DNA of 64,000 bases, taken from Calditrichales bacterium. Lineage in GTDB: Bacteria > Calditrichota > Calditrichia > Calditrichales > J004. The stretch is from positions 448,001-512,000 of the forward strand of contig OZ254086.1 of NCBI GenBank assembly GCA_965267575.1, read 5' to 3'. Made by a program: the position numbers and the translations under genes. This document shows, piece by piece, positions 28,363-38,268 of the stretch; position 1 is the stretch's first letter; every line of letters begins with the position of its first letter. The notes under the pieces were generated by a model. It saw only the letters and a list, made by a program, of their open reading frames with translations. It made no database searches and had not been told where the DNA came from.

Positions 28363-30864
28363 TTACGCTTTTACTTTTACAAATTCGTTCTTCTTTTTAT
28401 AGCTGTGCAGATAGTGATAAACCGTGGTCAGCTCACCATCCGGCAGCGAAAGCAGATCGTCACCGCGCAGACCTACTTCTTTGTCACCGATCTTCAGCAC
28501 AAATGTCTTGTCCTTGGCTTCCTGGAAATCGCTTTTTTCGTTTTCCACACTGAGGATCGGGAAGCGGCTGCCGTCGCGATAAATCGTAATCCCCTTAAGG
28601 CCTTTCTTCCAGGCACTTACATACACATCGGAGATTGTTTCAGGCTCAATCGCCTCAGGCAGGTTGACCGTCGACGAGATGCTGTGATCAACGTATTTCT
28701 GGCAGCGTCCCTGGACTTCCACGCGCTTCTTCGGATTTACGTGATGCGCGGTACGGAAGAAATATTTCGGTAGATACTCGGTCAACTCGGCTTCCGTTTG
28801 CGCTTTGGCAACTTTGTCCGATAACATGTTCATATCGATGTAGGCCTGCACCGTGGAGTGGAAGACCTTAAAGAATTTATTGCCGAATGATTCGCTGCGG
28901 CGTGTGTAGAACAGGGCGAAAATCGGCTCGATCCCGCTGCTGACACCCATATAGTTTTTATTGCCGTTGCGGAAGCTCATCACAATGTTGCTGATGGAGC
29001 CCGTTGGCGCAATGGCCAGAATAGCGATGTTGCGCAGGCCTTTTTCGGTGATCAGCTTGCGTGTTTCGCCGTTAAGGGCTTCCTGGAAGAAAGGCCCTTT
29101 TGTGTATTTTTCATTATCGTATATGGGCGATGCGCCTTTTTCTCCGGCCAGCAGCGCGGAAGCTTTGTAGGCTTCGTTGGCGATGGCTTCCATTACGGTT
29201 TCCATCAGGTTTATACCCTCTTCGGAATCGTAGGCAATTCCCAGCTGGTTGAGCATGTCCGCGGTGCCCATAATACCCAGACCCAGGCGGCGTGTTTCGG
29301 CAGCGGCCTGGCGCTGCTTTTTCAGCGGGTTGAGCGCTTCGTTCCAGCTTACCACGTTATCGAGAAAACGTACGGCGGTGTAAGTAACCTCGCGCAGGCG
29401 GTCCCAATTTACACGTGCCTGGGCGGTAAAGCCCTGCTCCACAAATCGGGAAAGATTAATCGAACCCAGGTTACAGGCACCACCATCTTCCAGCGGTACT
29501 TCGGCGCAGGGGTTGGTGCTGGCGATAGGCCGGTTGACGTAATTGGATGGCGAATACTTGCTCATCCGCGTCCAGAAGATCAGCCCCGGTTCGGCGGTTT
29601 TGTAGTTGCCTTCCACAAAAGCATCCCATACTTCACGGGCTTTGATCAGTTTGCGGATCTCACCGGATGGCTTTGAGCCAAAATAGAGCATGTAGTCACC
29701 GCTGTAACGCACAGCCAAATCAAACGGCTCGTTTTCCAGCTGAACGATCACATCACCAAATACATCGCGCAGCGCTGCGTCGTCAAAATCACCTTCATCG
29801 ATACGCTGGCCCCAGTTTTTATTCAGAAAATCATTAAGGCCTGACACATTCTGGAAAACGTGCATCAGTTCATAATCTTCTATATCCTTGGCCGGTATCT
29901 GGTAAGAATAATGATAACCGTCATCCAGGTAAGCCTTGCGCACCAGTTCTTTATTGAACTTTTTGTAAACGAGGATTTTATCGGTGCCGTATTTCTTCTG
30001 CTCTTCCACCGCCTGCATAAATTCATCGGATACCTTAATACTGATATTGGCAAAGCGCACCTGGGTATTTTCCATTACCTGGCGCTCAATCTCTTTGAGC
30101 TGTTCCTGGTCAAACTTCCCGCTCCAGCTGGCCTGGTCAACAATCTGCTTAGTCACCCAGTTGGGGATCTTTTTAACTTTGATAAATTCAGTGATGTCGG
30201 GATGCTTCACGTCAATGGTCAGCATCAGCGCGCCACGGCGGCCGCTCTGTCCAATCAGTCCGGTGGTAAGGGAGTAAAGCTCCATAAAGGAAACGGCCCC
30301 GGTGGAACTGTCCGCGGCATTGTGAACCACGCTGTTCTTGGGCCGCAGCGGTGAAATATCGACACCGATGCCGCCACCATAGGAGTAGGTGCGCGCGCAC
30401 TCGGCTGCCGTCTGATAAAGGGATTCTATGCTGTCTTCCTGAAGCTTGGAGACAAAGCAATTGGCAAGGGTTTTTAAGCGATACAGATCGCCGGCACCAG
30501 CCAGCACACGGCCACCCGGGACAAATTGCCCCTCATACAGAATATCATAAAACTTTTCCGTCCACTCATCGGCCTTCTTTGTATCCGGTTCCATGGCGGC
30601 GATAAACGAAGAGAGACGCGTAAAAACATCTTCAGGCGTTTTCTCAATCAGCTTATTGTTGAGATCTTTTACATAATATTTTTTTTCAAAAATGTTACGG
30701 GCCAGGTCATTATTGCCCAGGTAATCGTTTTCGGGGTGAACGGGGAGCTGACCCTCTTTCTGCATTTTCCGGACCTTATCATAGAGGGTCTTGTATCTTT
30801 TTATATATTTCTGATCGACAACATTCGCATATTTGCCCTTGTGTTCGAACATTTTATTAAACAT
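28363..30864 (-). CDS. nrdJ: Adenosylcobalamin-dependent ribonucleotide reductase (NrdJa)
   Basis: PGGR, LANCFV, GGGIG, RRGALM, TNPCAE, ACNLGS, IAPTG, SISSTVN, KGITIYRDGSR. Confidence 0.93.
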   Translation of the reverse strand: MFNKMFEHKGKYANVVDQKYIKRYKTLYDKVRKMQKEGQLPVHPENDYLGNNDLARNIFEKKYYVKDLNNKLIEKTPEDVFTRLSSFIAAMEPDTKKADEWTEKFYDILYEGQFVPGGRVLAGAGDLYRLKTLANCFVSKLQEDSIESLYQTAAECARTYSYGGGIGVDISPLRPKNSVVHNAADSSTGAVSFMELYSLTTGLIGQSGRRGALMLTIDVKHPDITEFIKVKKIPNWVTKQIVDQASWSGKFDQEQLKEIERQVMENTQVRFANISIKVSDEFMQAVEEQKKYGTDKILVYKKFNKELVRKAYLDDGYHYSYQIPAKDIEDYELMHVFQNVSGLNDFLNKNWGQRIDEGDFDDAALRDVFGDVIVQLENEPFDLAVRYSGDYMLYFGSKPSGEIRKLIKAREVWDAFVEGNYKTAEPGLIFWTRMSKYSPSNYVNRPIASTNPCAEVPLEDGGACNLGSINLSRFVEQGFTAQARVNWDRLREVTYTAVRFLDNVVSWNEALNPLKKQRQAAAETRRLGLGIMGTADMLNQLGIAYDSEEGINLMETVMEAIANEAYKASALLAGEKGASPIYDNEKYTKGPFFQEALNGETRKLITEKGLRNIAILAIAPTGSISNIVMSFRNGNKNYMGVSSGIEPIFALFYTRRSESFGNKFFKVFHSTVQAYIDMNMLSDKVAKAQTEAELTEYLPKYFFRTAHHVNPKKRVEVQGRCQKYVDHSISSTVNLPEAIEPETISDVYVSAWKKGLKGITIYRDGSRFPILSVENEKSDFQEAKDKTFVLKIGDKEVGLRGDDLLSLPDGELTTVYHYLHSYKKKNEFVKVKA

Positions 30865-31137
30865 GTGCTTACTCCCCTTGTGAGCGTACTTTTAAATTTT
30901 CAGGTTTCGATTTTCCTAATACACCGGACCAAAAAATGGACCCTTGTGATGGAGCATTTTTCGGAAATTTTGGGTAAACCCATGTACTTAAATGGCTTAC
31001 GTCGTTGGTTATAACTTAGAAGTGTATTGCGTTTGGATGGATTACAATATCACTTTTTATGACTCCCATTTCAAGTAAAATTTGATTTTTTTGGTGTCCG
31101 ATCGTAATGCTAAATTTTCGTCAGTCATGGTCAGTTT

Positions 31138-32028
31138 TTAGTCAGTTTGTGACGTCTTTTCATCTGCCTGCTTTTCGCGGACCGATTCAACAATCTGTTT
31201 AAAGGCGCCTGCTATCTGCGCCATCCGCGGACCGGGGATAAGGTGATGGTTGCCCTGTAAAACAAAAACATGCTCATCATTTACCGCGTCGAGGCGCTGC
31301 GCCAAAGGCTGCCAGCCCTGCACAACCATTTGGGCATCCTGCTCTTCACCGGTAAACTCGATAATGGCTTGCGGATTGCGGTACAAAATATCCTCACGGT
31401 TTACCTGGGCGAAAGTAGCGGGAAGATCATCAAAAGCATTCCTGCCGCCCACCCAACGCCACAGCTGGTCTATATAAGCACCGGGACCGATAACGGATAT
31501 CCGGCGCAGCTCCGAACCATCGCGGCCCAGAACAAGCATGGCGGACACCCGTTCTTCCTGAGTCACGTCATTACGCAAAGCGGCCATCTCCTGCTTTATG
31601 GAGCGCACAACGCTGTCAGCGGCAGCTTTTCTTCCCAATAAAACACCCAGACTATCCAGCGATACAAAAACCGACTCCATCGTGGATTCCGGCAGATAAA
31701 CAATACGGAAAGATTTATCCGGAAAACGGTTTTCCAGCCCACGGTAAGAGTGCGTCGCCAGGATAAGGTCCGGACGCAGCGCCGTTATTTTTTCCAGGTT
31801 GGGATTTACCAATCCGCCGACGGACTCTTTTTCTTTAGCTTGCGGCGGCCAGGCGCAATAGTCCGTGACAGCTGCCAGCTTCTGTTCCGCGCCAATGGCA
31901 TACACCATCTCGGTGATCGACGGCGCCAGCGATATGACGCGCTGAACAGAGGAATCTTCTTTTTGTGCCTTTTTGCTGCAACCAAAAGCAAACAGGAACA
32001 GGGTGATGAAAAGGAGTATGAATCGCAT
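31138..32028 (-). CDS. btuF: Cobalamin-binding lipoprotein
   Basis: RVISLAPSITE, NPNLEKI, PGPR; lipobox; position in the riboswitch operon. Confidence 0.85.
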   Translation of the reverse strand: MRFILLFITLFLFAFGCSKKAQKEDSSVQRVISLAPSITEMVYAIGAEQKLAAVTDYCAWPPQAKEKESVGGLVNPNLEKITALRPDLILATHSYRGLENRFPDKSFRIVYLPESTMESVFVSLDSLGVLLGRKAAADSVVRSIKQEMAALRNDVTQEERVSAMLVLGRDGSELRRISVIGPGAYIDQLWRWVGGRNAFDDLPATFAQVNREDILYRNPQAIIEFTGEEQDAQMVVQGWQPLAQRLDAVNDEHVFVLQGNHHLIPGPRMAQIAGAFKQIVESVREKQADEKTSQTD

Positions 32029-33083
32029 CAGAGTTGCTCGTTGAACGCGTAGACGAACACGATCTCACCGGGGATAATTCCGGCCTGATACGTATTATGA
32101 TCGCTACCGCTCAAACCGTATACGTGCAATATGCCGGCCTGTTGATAATCCAACGGGTCCACTGCAAAAAGCCGATCGCTGACGTCATCCACGGCGATAT
32201 CGTAAAAATTGCCGTTGGCTACTACACCGAGCAATGCCAGATTTTGCAGCTTAAAGGCGACAACGGCGCCATCAACAAAGTAATACCCGTTGCCATTGCC
32301 AACGGTAAACCCGGAAGGGTGTCCCTCAATAACCAGGGAATCCTGCAAAACATCGGCGGTTGGGTCGATCACAAAAATACCCCCATCCGTATCATCCGAA
32401 GGATCGTTAAAATCGCTGCCAAAACTGCCGCCGCACTGCACATAGACCCGCGCCCCAAAATCCTTAATCGCCACCGGGTTATCACCCACGCGGATTGTAG
32501 CAATAACCTCGTCCCTGTTTATGTCGATCACCGAAACAGAATTTCCATAACCAAAACCGGAACAAGCCACATACGCCTTACCATTTGTGACGGTCAACTG
32601 CTCCGGATTTGCACCCACATCAATCGTGTTGGTTATTTCCAGTGAGTTCAGGTTAACCACAGAAACAGAGTTAGCCGCCAGGTTAGTTACGTATGCCCGG
32701 GAAGGACCTACCTGCGCCAGGTACCGCGGACCGCTGCCGGCGGGGAAAACAATCTCGCCCACCTTTTTCCAGTTTTTTACGCTGATCACCTTGATTACAT
32801 CCGAGCCGTTGACGCAGATATAACCAAGCGTATCGATGAGGGTCATGCTGTGCACCACATCGCCGAGTTTTTCGCCGTTTACCGCTTCATAAATGTTGTT
32901 TTGAATGGTTTTGTTTTCAAAATCATAAAATGAGAGCGAACCGTTATTCTGGCCCCAGGCGCCTTCATTCAGGATAAACGCCCCGCTCAGCGAAGTTACA
33001 ACCCCGCCATTGCTGTCGGTTGGCGATTCACTGCAGGAAAAAACAAAAGCCAGTAAAGCAATTAAAACAATCCGTTTAAACAT
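32028..33083 (-). CDS. btuG: BtuG-like (YncE/DUF5074) beta-propeller lipoprotein
   Basis: LNEGAWGQNNGSLS, NGEKLGDV, AGIIP; lipobox FSC. Confidence 0.8.
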   Translation of the reverse strand: MFKRIVLIALLAFVFSCSESPTDSNGGVVTSLSGAFILNEGAWGQNNGSLSFYDFENKTIQNNIYEAVNGEKLGDVVHSMTLIDTLGYICVNGSDVIKVISVKNWKKVGEIVFPAGSGPRYLAQVGPSRAYVTNLAANSVSVVNLNSLEITNTIDVGANPEQLTVTNGKAYVACSGFGYGNSVSVIDINRDEVIATIRVGDNPVAIKDFGARVYVQCGGSFGSDFNDPSDDTDGGIFVIDPTADVLQDSLVIEGHPSGFTVGNGNGYYFVDGAVVAFKLQNLALLGVVANGNFYDIAVDDVSDRLFAVDPLDYQQAGILHVYGLSGSDHNTYQAGIIPGEIVFVYAFNEQL

Positions 33084-33085
33084 GA

Positions 33086-35194
33086 TTAATCTCCTCGTGA
33101 TTGGTCCTGGTATTGTAAAGAAAATTTTAGCGAAAAAGTTTGTCCGGGCATGGGGTAGCCGTTCACCATGGCATAGGCTTCATCAGTGATGTTGCTTGCC
33201 GCGGGTGTGAGACTTACCTGCCAGGGGCCGCCGGAAAAAGCATAGCTGATCCAGGCGTCGAGCGTGGCCTGCGCGTCAAGCACATCGCGCGGGTTATTGT
33301 CCAGGTTGGCGTAACGGAAGCTCATAAACTGCCAGGTTGCTCCGGCGGAAAACGCGCCCCAGGCTGTGCCGGCCTGAAGCGAATATTGATGTTTCGGCAC
33401 CAGGGGCAGCATGTTGCCGGCCGTCTGGTCCCCGCTGAAGTCACTGCTGGTTTTGCGGGCGTTCGTAAAGCTGTAGGCGCCTCTCAGCATGTGGCGATTG
33501 TTTTTGTCGCTGAGCGTGACGGCTGTTTCCAGCCCCTCGCTTTTTATGCGGGTCAGATTGCGTGGACTCCAGACGCTCCCCTGCGGCAGCCAGCGGATAT
33601 TGTCTTTAACGCGGGTGTTGTAATAGACCGCGTTCCAGGCCAGGCGAAAAAATCCACCAACGTGATCACCCTGCAGTCCGGCTTCAAAGCTTTGCGACTT
33701 TTCCGGGGTCAAACCGGGGTTACCGCCCGGCTGCCAGTAGAGCGCGTTGAAATTGGGCTGGCGGAAATTGCGGCCCCACGATGCCCAGGCACTGAAATCG
33801 CCGTGAGAAAGATTAAGACCCGCGCCCGGCAGTAAAACCGCTTCGCCGGGTTGGGCCGTTTGCAGCCGCGCGGAAAGCTGGCTACTAAGTGCAGTGTGGC
33901 CGGATGCGGATTGCCAGAGCCGGGTACTGGCCAATAGGTAAACAGCCTGTACATCGCGTTGATGTTTCCCCGCCTCGCTGCTGCGGATATGTTGACGTAT
34001 AATTTCGCTGCCCCCGAGAAGAAGCAGGCGCGGGTGCAGCGCAAAACGTCCGCGTAAAAGCAAACCGCTTTCGCTGTTAAAATGCAGGCTGTTTATTGCA
34101 AAAACGGGGGCGCGGTAGTTCTGCCACTCGTTGCGGCGGTAAATCTGCCCGCTGACCTGCCCTGTTTCAAAATTGGCATCAAATCGCAGGCGGCTAAGGG
34201 TTTGGTCCTCTTCGCGGCGCGAACGGTTGGCTAGCTCGGAATTAAAGCCAGTGAAAGGCTTTGGTGAGCCGCCGTCGAAAACATGCTGTCGCACAAGCAG
34301 ATTGGCACGGATATTTCCGATTAAACCAAAATCGTATTGCCCCATCAGGATGCGGCGGAAGAAATCGCGGTTTTGCAGCTTTACATTTCCGCCGGGCGGG
34401 GTGTAGTTGTTTTGAGCGCCATCCCACGTACCCTGAAAAGCCAGGCCGCCATAAGCAACAGGCGCCGAGGCGCTGACACCGTGCCGAAGGCGTTCGAAGC
34501 TACCCAGGGTTGCGTCGTATTTCACCCGCGCACTTTCACCCGGACGTAGCGGACGGATATTGATGTTGCCACCGATGCTGCCGCTTCCGCCGAATAATGC
34601 TGAGCCTACACGGTAGATGTCCCACTCGCCGCGGGTGGCCAGCCCGCCAAAATCGTAGCTGCCCAGTTGCGGACTGTTAAGAGGAATGCCATCAAAAAGG
34701 AATTGCGTCTGTTCAGCGCCAAGACCGCGCAGGGCGATTTGCTGAAGCTGGCCTGCGGCCCCGTAGGATTTTACCAGGATACCTTCCTGCCGTTGCAGCA
34801 GTTGCGCCGGCTCAAGTGGTTCAGATGTGGTTTCGGGTGTCAATACGCTGAGTGAAGATGGCAGCAGCAGGCGCGCCGGTGAATCATCCTTACCGCTAAC
34901 ACTGATTTCGGCTGCCTGCTCTACAGGCTGCAAGTAAACGCGGCTGTCGTCACGCGGTGTTATCGTAATCGCAAAATAGCCGGGCGCCGATATTTCCCAC
35001 TCGCCTGTGGTATTGCGAAAAATGATCTGACCGGCGCTATTTGCCCGCAACGAATCCGCACCTCTTTCAGCAAAAGCCTGCGGCAGCGGCCGCTCATTCC
35101 AGGCATCATACACACGGACGCTGATGGTTTGGGCCTGCAACGTAAAAACAATCGTAAAAAAAAGAAAAAGCACCTGCCTAAAGATACAAAACAC
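33086..35194 (-). CDS. btuB: TonB-dependent cobalamin receptor
   Basis: Plug KSYG..QIALRG..DGIPLNS; NALYWQPGGNPGLTPEKS; GYPMPG; downstream of the B12 riboswitch. Confidence 0.88.
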   Translation of the reverse strand: MFCIFRQVLFLFFTIVFTLQAQTISVRVYDAWNERPLPQAFAERGADSLRANSAGQIIFRNTTGEWEISAPGYFAITITPRDDSRVYLQPVEQAAEISVSGKDDSPARLLLPSSLSVLTPETTSEPLEPAQLLQRQEGILVKSYGAAGQLQQIALRGLGAEQTQFLFDGIPLNSPQLGSYDFGGLATRGEWDIYRVGSALFGGSGSIGGNINIRPLRPGESARVKYDATLGSFERLRHGVSASAPVAYGGLAFQGTWDGAQNNYTPPGGNVKLQNRDFFRRILMGQYDFGLIGNIRANLLVRQHVFDGGSPKPFTGFNSELANRSRREEDQTLSRLRFDANFETGQVSGQIYRRNEWQNYRAPVFAINSLHFNSESGLLLRGRFALHPRLLLLGGSEIIRQHIRSSEAGKHQRDVQAVYLLASTRLWQSASGHTALSSQLSARLQTAQPGEAVLLPGAGLNLSHGDFSAWASWGRNFRQPNFNALYWQPGGNPGLTPEKSQSFEAGLQGDHVGGFFRLAWNAVYYNTRVKDNIRWLPQGSVWSPRNLTRIKSEGLETAVTLSDKNNRHMLRGAYSFTNARKTSSDFSGDQTAGNMLPLVPKHQYSLQAGTAWGAFSAGATWQFMSFRYANLDNNPRDVLDAQATLDAWISYAFSGGPWQVSLTPAASNITDEAYAMVNGYPMPGQTFSLKFSLQYQDQSRGD

Positions 35195-35285
35195 CGGTTC
35201 CTCCGCAGCTATGGCGGAAGGGACGGATGACGTATGTGACAGGCAGATTGGGTCGGCTAAAAGGCCTGAGCAGAATGCGGGTCAT
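35178..35285 (-). CDS. Putative 35-aa leader ORF overlapping the btuB start
   Basis: GGAGG 9 nt before ATG; MTRILLRPFSRPNLPVTYVIRPFRHSCGGTGVLYL*. Confidence 0.4.
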   Translation of the reverse strand: MTRILLRPFSRPNLPVTYVIRPFRHSCGGTGVLYL

Positions 35286-35323
35286 GATCCGGTTCCTCCC
35301 ACGAGAACGTTTTGTGGATGCGT

Positions 35324-35493
35324 CTTGCGGCCGGTCTCCTGACTTATGCGTCGTCCTACTTGCCCGCCTTCCCGTCTCCTGACAGTGGCATGTGTGGGCT
35401 TTCGTCGGCAATTACAGTTGCGGGGCAGTGGCGGATTTTCACCGCGCTTCCCGTCACCAACAAGCGTTTGGTTTAATTAAAAGCTATCCGCAA
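35324..35493 (-). ncRNA. Cobalamin riboswitch
   Basis: GGGAAGCGCGGTGAAAATCCGCCACTGCCCCGCAACTGTAA core, GCCACTG..GGGAAGG, B12 box AAGTCAGGAGACCGGCC; P1 TTGCGG/CCGCAA. Confidence 0.95.
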
Positions 35494-35586
35494 ATTTAAG
35501 GGGCCCGATGCCCGGGTACAAATGAAAATTTTGATTACCGCGTAAAGGCACATTATCAGTGCTGCGCGCAAAACTGTACAACAAAT

Positions 35587-36189
35587 ATGCGTTTACAACG
35601 ATCGTTTTATTGCCGCGATGATGTGGAATTGATTGCCCGTGAGTTGCTGGGCAAGATGCTGGTCACGGAGTTTGACGGTGTCCGGACATCCGGACGCATT
35701 GTGGAAACTGAAGCCTATGCCGGTAAAACGGACCGCGCATCGCATGCCTGGAACGGAAGGCGCACAAAGCGCACGGAGATTATGTATTGTGAAGGCGGCA
35801 CCGCCTACGTTTACCTTATTTACGGTATCTATGCCCTGTTTAACGTGGTAACTAATAAAAAGGATATCCCCTACGCTGTGCTGGTGCGCGGGCTGGAACC
35901 GCTCCAGGGCATTGATGTGATGTTGCGGCGCCGCGGCCACGAAAAACTGACGCCCAAGCTGAGCGCCGGACCCGGCACGCTGACAATCGCCCTGGGCATA
36001 ACAACAACACACCACGGTATTTCGCTACTGGGCAACAGCCCCATCTGGCTGGAAGATGACGGACATGAAGTTGATGCCGAAGACATTGCTGCCGGCCCGC
36101 GCATTGGCGTGGACTACGCCGGAAAAGACGCTCTGCTGCACCGCCGCTTTTGGGTAAAAGGAAACAGGTTTGTGAGTAAGGGGAAGTAA
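35587..36189 (+). CDS. mpg: DNA-3-methyladenine glycosylase (AAG/MPG)
   Basis: RIVETEAY, AYVYLIYG, AVLVRG, GPG, GPRIGV. Confidence 0.93.
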   Translation: MRLQRSFYCRDDVELIARELLGKMLVTEFDGVRTSGRIVETEAYAGKTDRASHAWNGRRTKRTEIMYCEGGTAYVYLIYGIYALFNVVTNKKDIPYAVLVRGLEPLQGIDVMLRRRGHEKLTPKLSAGPGTLTIALGITTTHHGISLLGNSPIWLEDDGHEVDAEDIAAGPRIGVDYAGKDALLHRRFWVKGNRFVSKGK

Positions 36190-36280
36190 GTCTGATGACC
36201 TAAAACGTTTTAGTAGTTTCCTTGTTATATTTGTCTTTACCGCAAACGAACGGCCATTAACCATTATAAACCCGCCAAAA

Positions 36281-36700
36281 TTAATTTTGCTGTTCAGCAG
36301 GGATCACAATATCATCATACCTATACCAATTACCGGTATACGCATCTACAAATGCAGGGTATAGACCAAAAACTGTATCCAGGACGAGCATGAACGGCTC
36401 AATCTTACCATGCAATTCAAAAATCTCTTTTTTGCCGCCATATTTCAAGACAAGAATATGATTCTCTTTGGCGCGCAGATTTATTTTAGCCGTTACCGTA
36501 GCTTTTTCTTTGCCGGTATAGGGTTCTTTAAATGATAAGCTTTCTCTTTGAACGGGAATAGCTACCCCTTCATAAGTTTCAACCGATAAATCCTTTGGCG
36601 CGTTAACAATCTCTACTTCTTTTTGATAGCCATGGATGATTGTTGCACAGCTGCCACAAGAGAAAACGACGATGAGCATACCTGTAAATATCCGTATCAT
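36281..36700 (-). CDS. Hypothetical lipoprotein-like protein (AT-rich)
   Basis: SCATIIHG N-terminus; VDAYTGNW C-terminus. Confidence 0.7.
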   Translation of the reverse strand: MIRIFTGMLIVVFSCGSCATIIHGYQKEVEIVNAPKDLSVETYEGVAIPVQRESLSFKEPYTGKEKATVTAKINLRAKENHILVLKYGGKKEIFELHGKIEPFMLVLDTVFGLYPAFVDAYTGNWYRYDDIVIPAEQQN

Positions 36701-36720
36701 TTCATTGACTCCTTTTAAAT

Positions 36721-38100
36721 TTAGCGCCTGCTGATGGCCTGCGGGTTCTCTGCTACAAATACGCGGTAGCCCCAGGGCTCCAAATCAAAATCTTTCGATT
36801 GCCCCATCACCAGCGCCACATTGCTGAACATTTCCGTATAGGCACCCTCCAGCCAGGGCGATTCCATAACCAGCTGACGCCGTTCACCGCTCAGGTTCAA
36901 CACAACGACAATCTTATCGTTCTCATGAACGCGAGCATAGGCGTAAACAGCCTCGTCACTTTCAGGCGAAATTTTGTGCATCTCGCCCCGGTACAATGCC
37001 GGATGCTGCCGATAGAGGTTGAACAGCTTGCTGTAAAATGGCCGCCACGTTTCACCATCGCTCCAGTCAATGGGATCCTTTTCAAAGAACTCCAGTCGCT
37101 TCTGCATACCCGCTTCCTGGCCGCTGTAAAGTAATGGCTTGCCGGGCAGTGTACTGTACAAGACGGCAAATGCCTTTAAGCCCTCGCCGTAAAGCTCAAA
37201 AACGGTTCCGTGCCAGGAATTCTCATCGTGGTTGGTAAGAAAACGCATGCGATAGGCATTTTCCGGGTATAGCTTTTTTTCTTTCATCAACAGGGAATCA
37301 ATGCTGCCAGCCTGCTTTTCCCCGGCATAAATAGCCCTCATTGTATGATACAATTCCCAGCTGTAGGTCATGTCAAAGGCGCGGTTGTGCATATATGCGG
37401 CTTCAGATTCTGCAAGCATAAAAACCGGTTTGATCGCATCCAACTCACGGCGCGCCTGGTCCCAGAAATCAATCGGTACAAGCTCCGCCACGTCACAGCG
37501 GTAGCCGTCTATGTCAAATTCGCGCACCCAGTATTTCAGGGCGTCCAGCATAAAGCGGCGCATCTCCAGGTTGTCATAGTTTAAATCGATAACGTCGGTC
37601 CAGTTTTTATTAGGCGGGACAAAATTTCCCTGGTCATCACGGTTAAACCACTCCGGGTGCGTTTCGGTAAGCCCGATATCCCACGCGCTGTGGTTGGCCA
37701 CCCAATCTATAATCACATACATCCCCCTGGCATGGATTGCATTCACCAGGTCGCGGAAATCCTGTTCCGTGCCGTACTCCGGGTTTACGGCCAGATAATC
37801 CTTTACCGAATAGGGGCTTCCCAGCGTGCCTTTGCGGTTTTTCTCGCCGATGGGATGGATCGGCATAAGCCAGATGAGTCCCACGCCCAGATCGGCAATC
37901 TCATCGAGTCGCTGTTCCACAGCTTTAAAGGTGCCCTCTTCGGAAAACTGCCGTATATTCAACTCGTAGATCGTAACGTTCTTGCTCCACTGCGGATGCT
38001 GAACAACGGAAACCGGCTTGCGGATCTCCTTCTCCTCGCGCCCGCAGGCAATAAACAGGCTAAAAACGGCAATTAAAATTAAGGCTTTGCGCAAATACAT
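36721..38100 (-). CDS. GH13 alpha-amylase-family lipoprotein
   Basis: DWVANH, DGYRCDVA, MLAE, FLTNHDE; lipobox IAC. Confidence 0.92.
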   Translation of the reverse strand: MYLRKALILIAVFSLFIACGREEKEIRKPVSVVQHPQWSKNVTIYELNIRQFSEEGTFKAVEQRLDEIADLGVGLIWLMPIHPIGEKNRKGTLGSPYSVKDYLAVNPEYGTEQDFRDLVNAIHARGMYVIIDWVANHSAWDIGLTETHPEWFNRDDQGNFVPPNKNWTDVIDLNYDNLEMRRFMLDALKYWVREFDIDGYRCDVAELVPIDFWDQARRELDAIKPVFMLAESEAAYMHNRAFDMTYSWELYHTMRAIYAGEKQAGSIDSLLMKEKKLYPENAYRMRFLTNHDENSWHGTVFELYGEGLKAFAVLYSTLPGKPLLYSGQEAGMQKRLEFFEKDPIDWSDGETWRPFYSKLFNLYRQHPALYRGEMHKISPESDEAVYAYARVHENDKIVVVLNLSGERRQLVMESPWLEGAYTEMFSNVALVMGQSKDFDLEPWGYRVFVAENPQAISRR

Positions 38101-38268
38101 TCTTACCTCGCTGGATTCGTGATCAAATTGTTACGGGACCGACTCGCTCCGGTGATACGGCGCTGTAACGGTCACCGGCAGTTGGCATCAAATCGATGTC
38201 TTTGAAAATAAAAGAAAAGAGAAATCTAAAAAAATAAATCGATTGCACTTATGGAAAAGGAGCATAAA

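Noticed and set aside
29700-30000. Intein in NrdJa
   Set aside because: No Cys/Ser start block, no His-Asn end followed by Cys/Ser/Thr, and no endonuclease motifs.
30865-31137. NrdR boxes upstream of nrdJ
   Set aside because: No convincing match to the ACAC-W-ATAT-W-GTG-type palindrome by eye.
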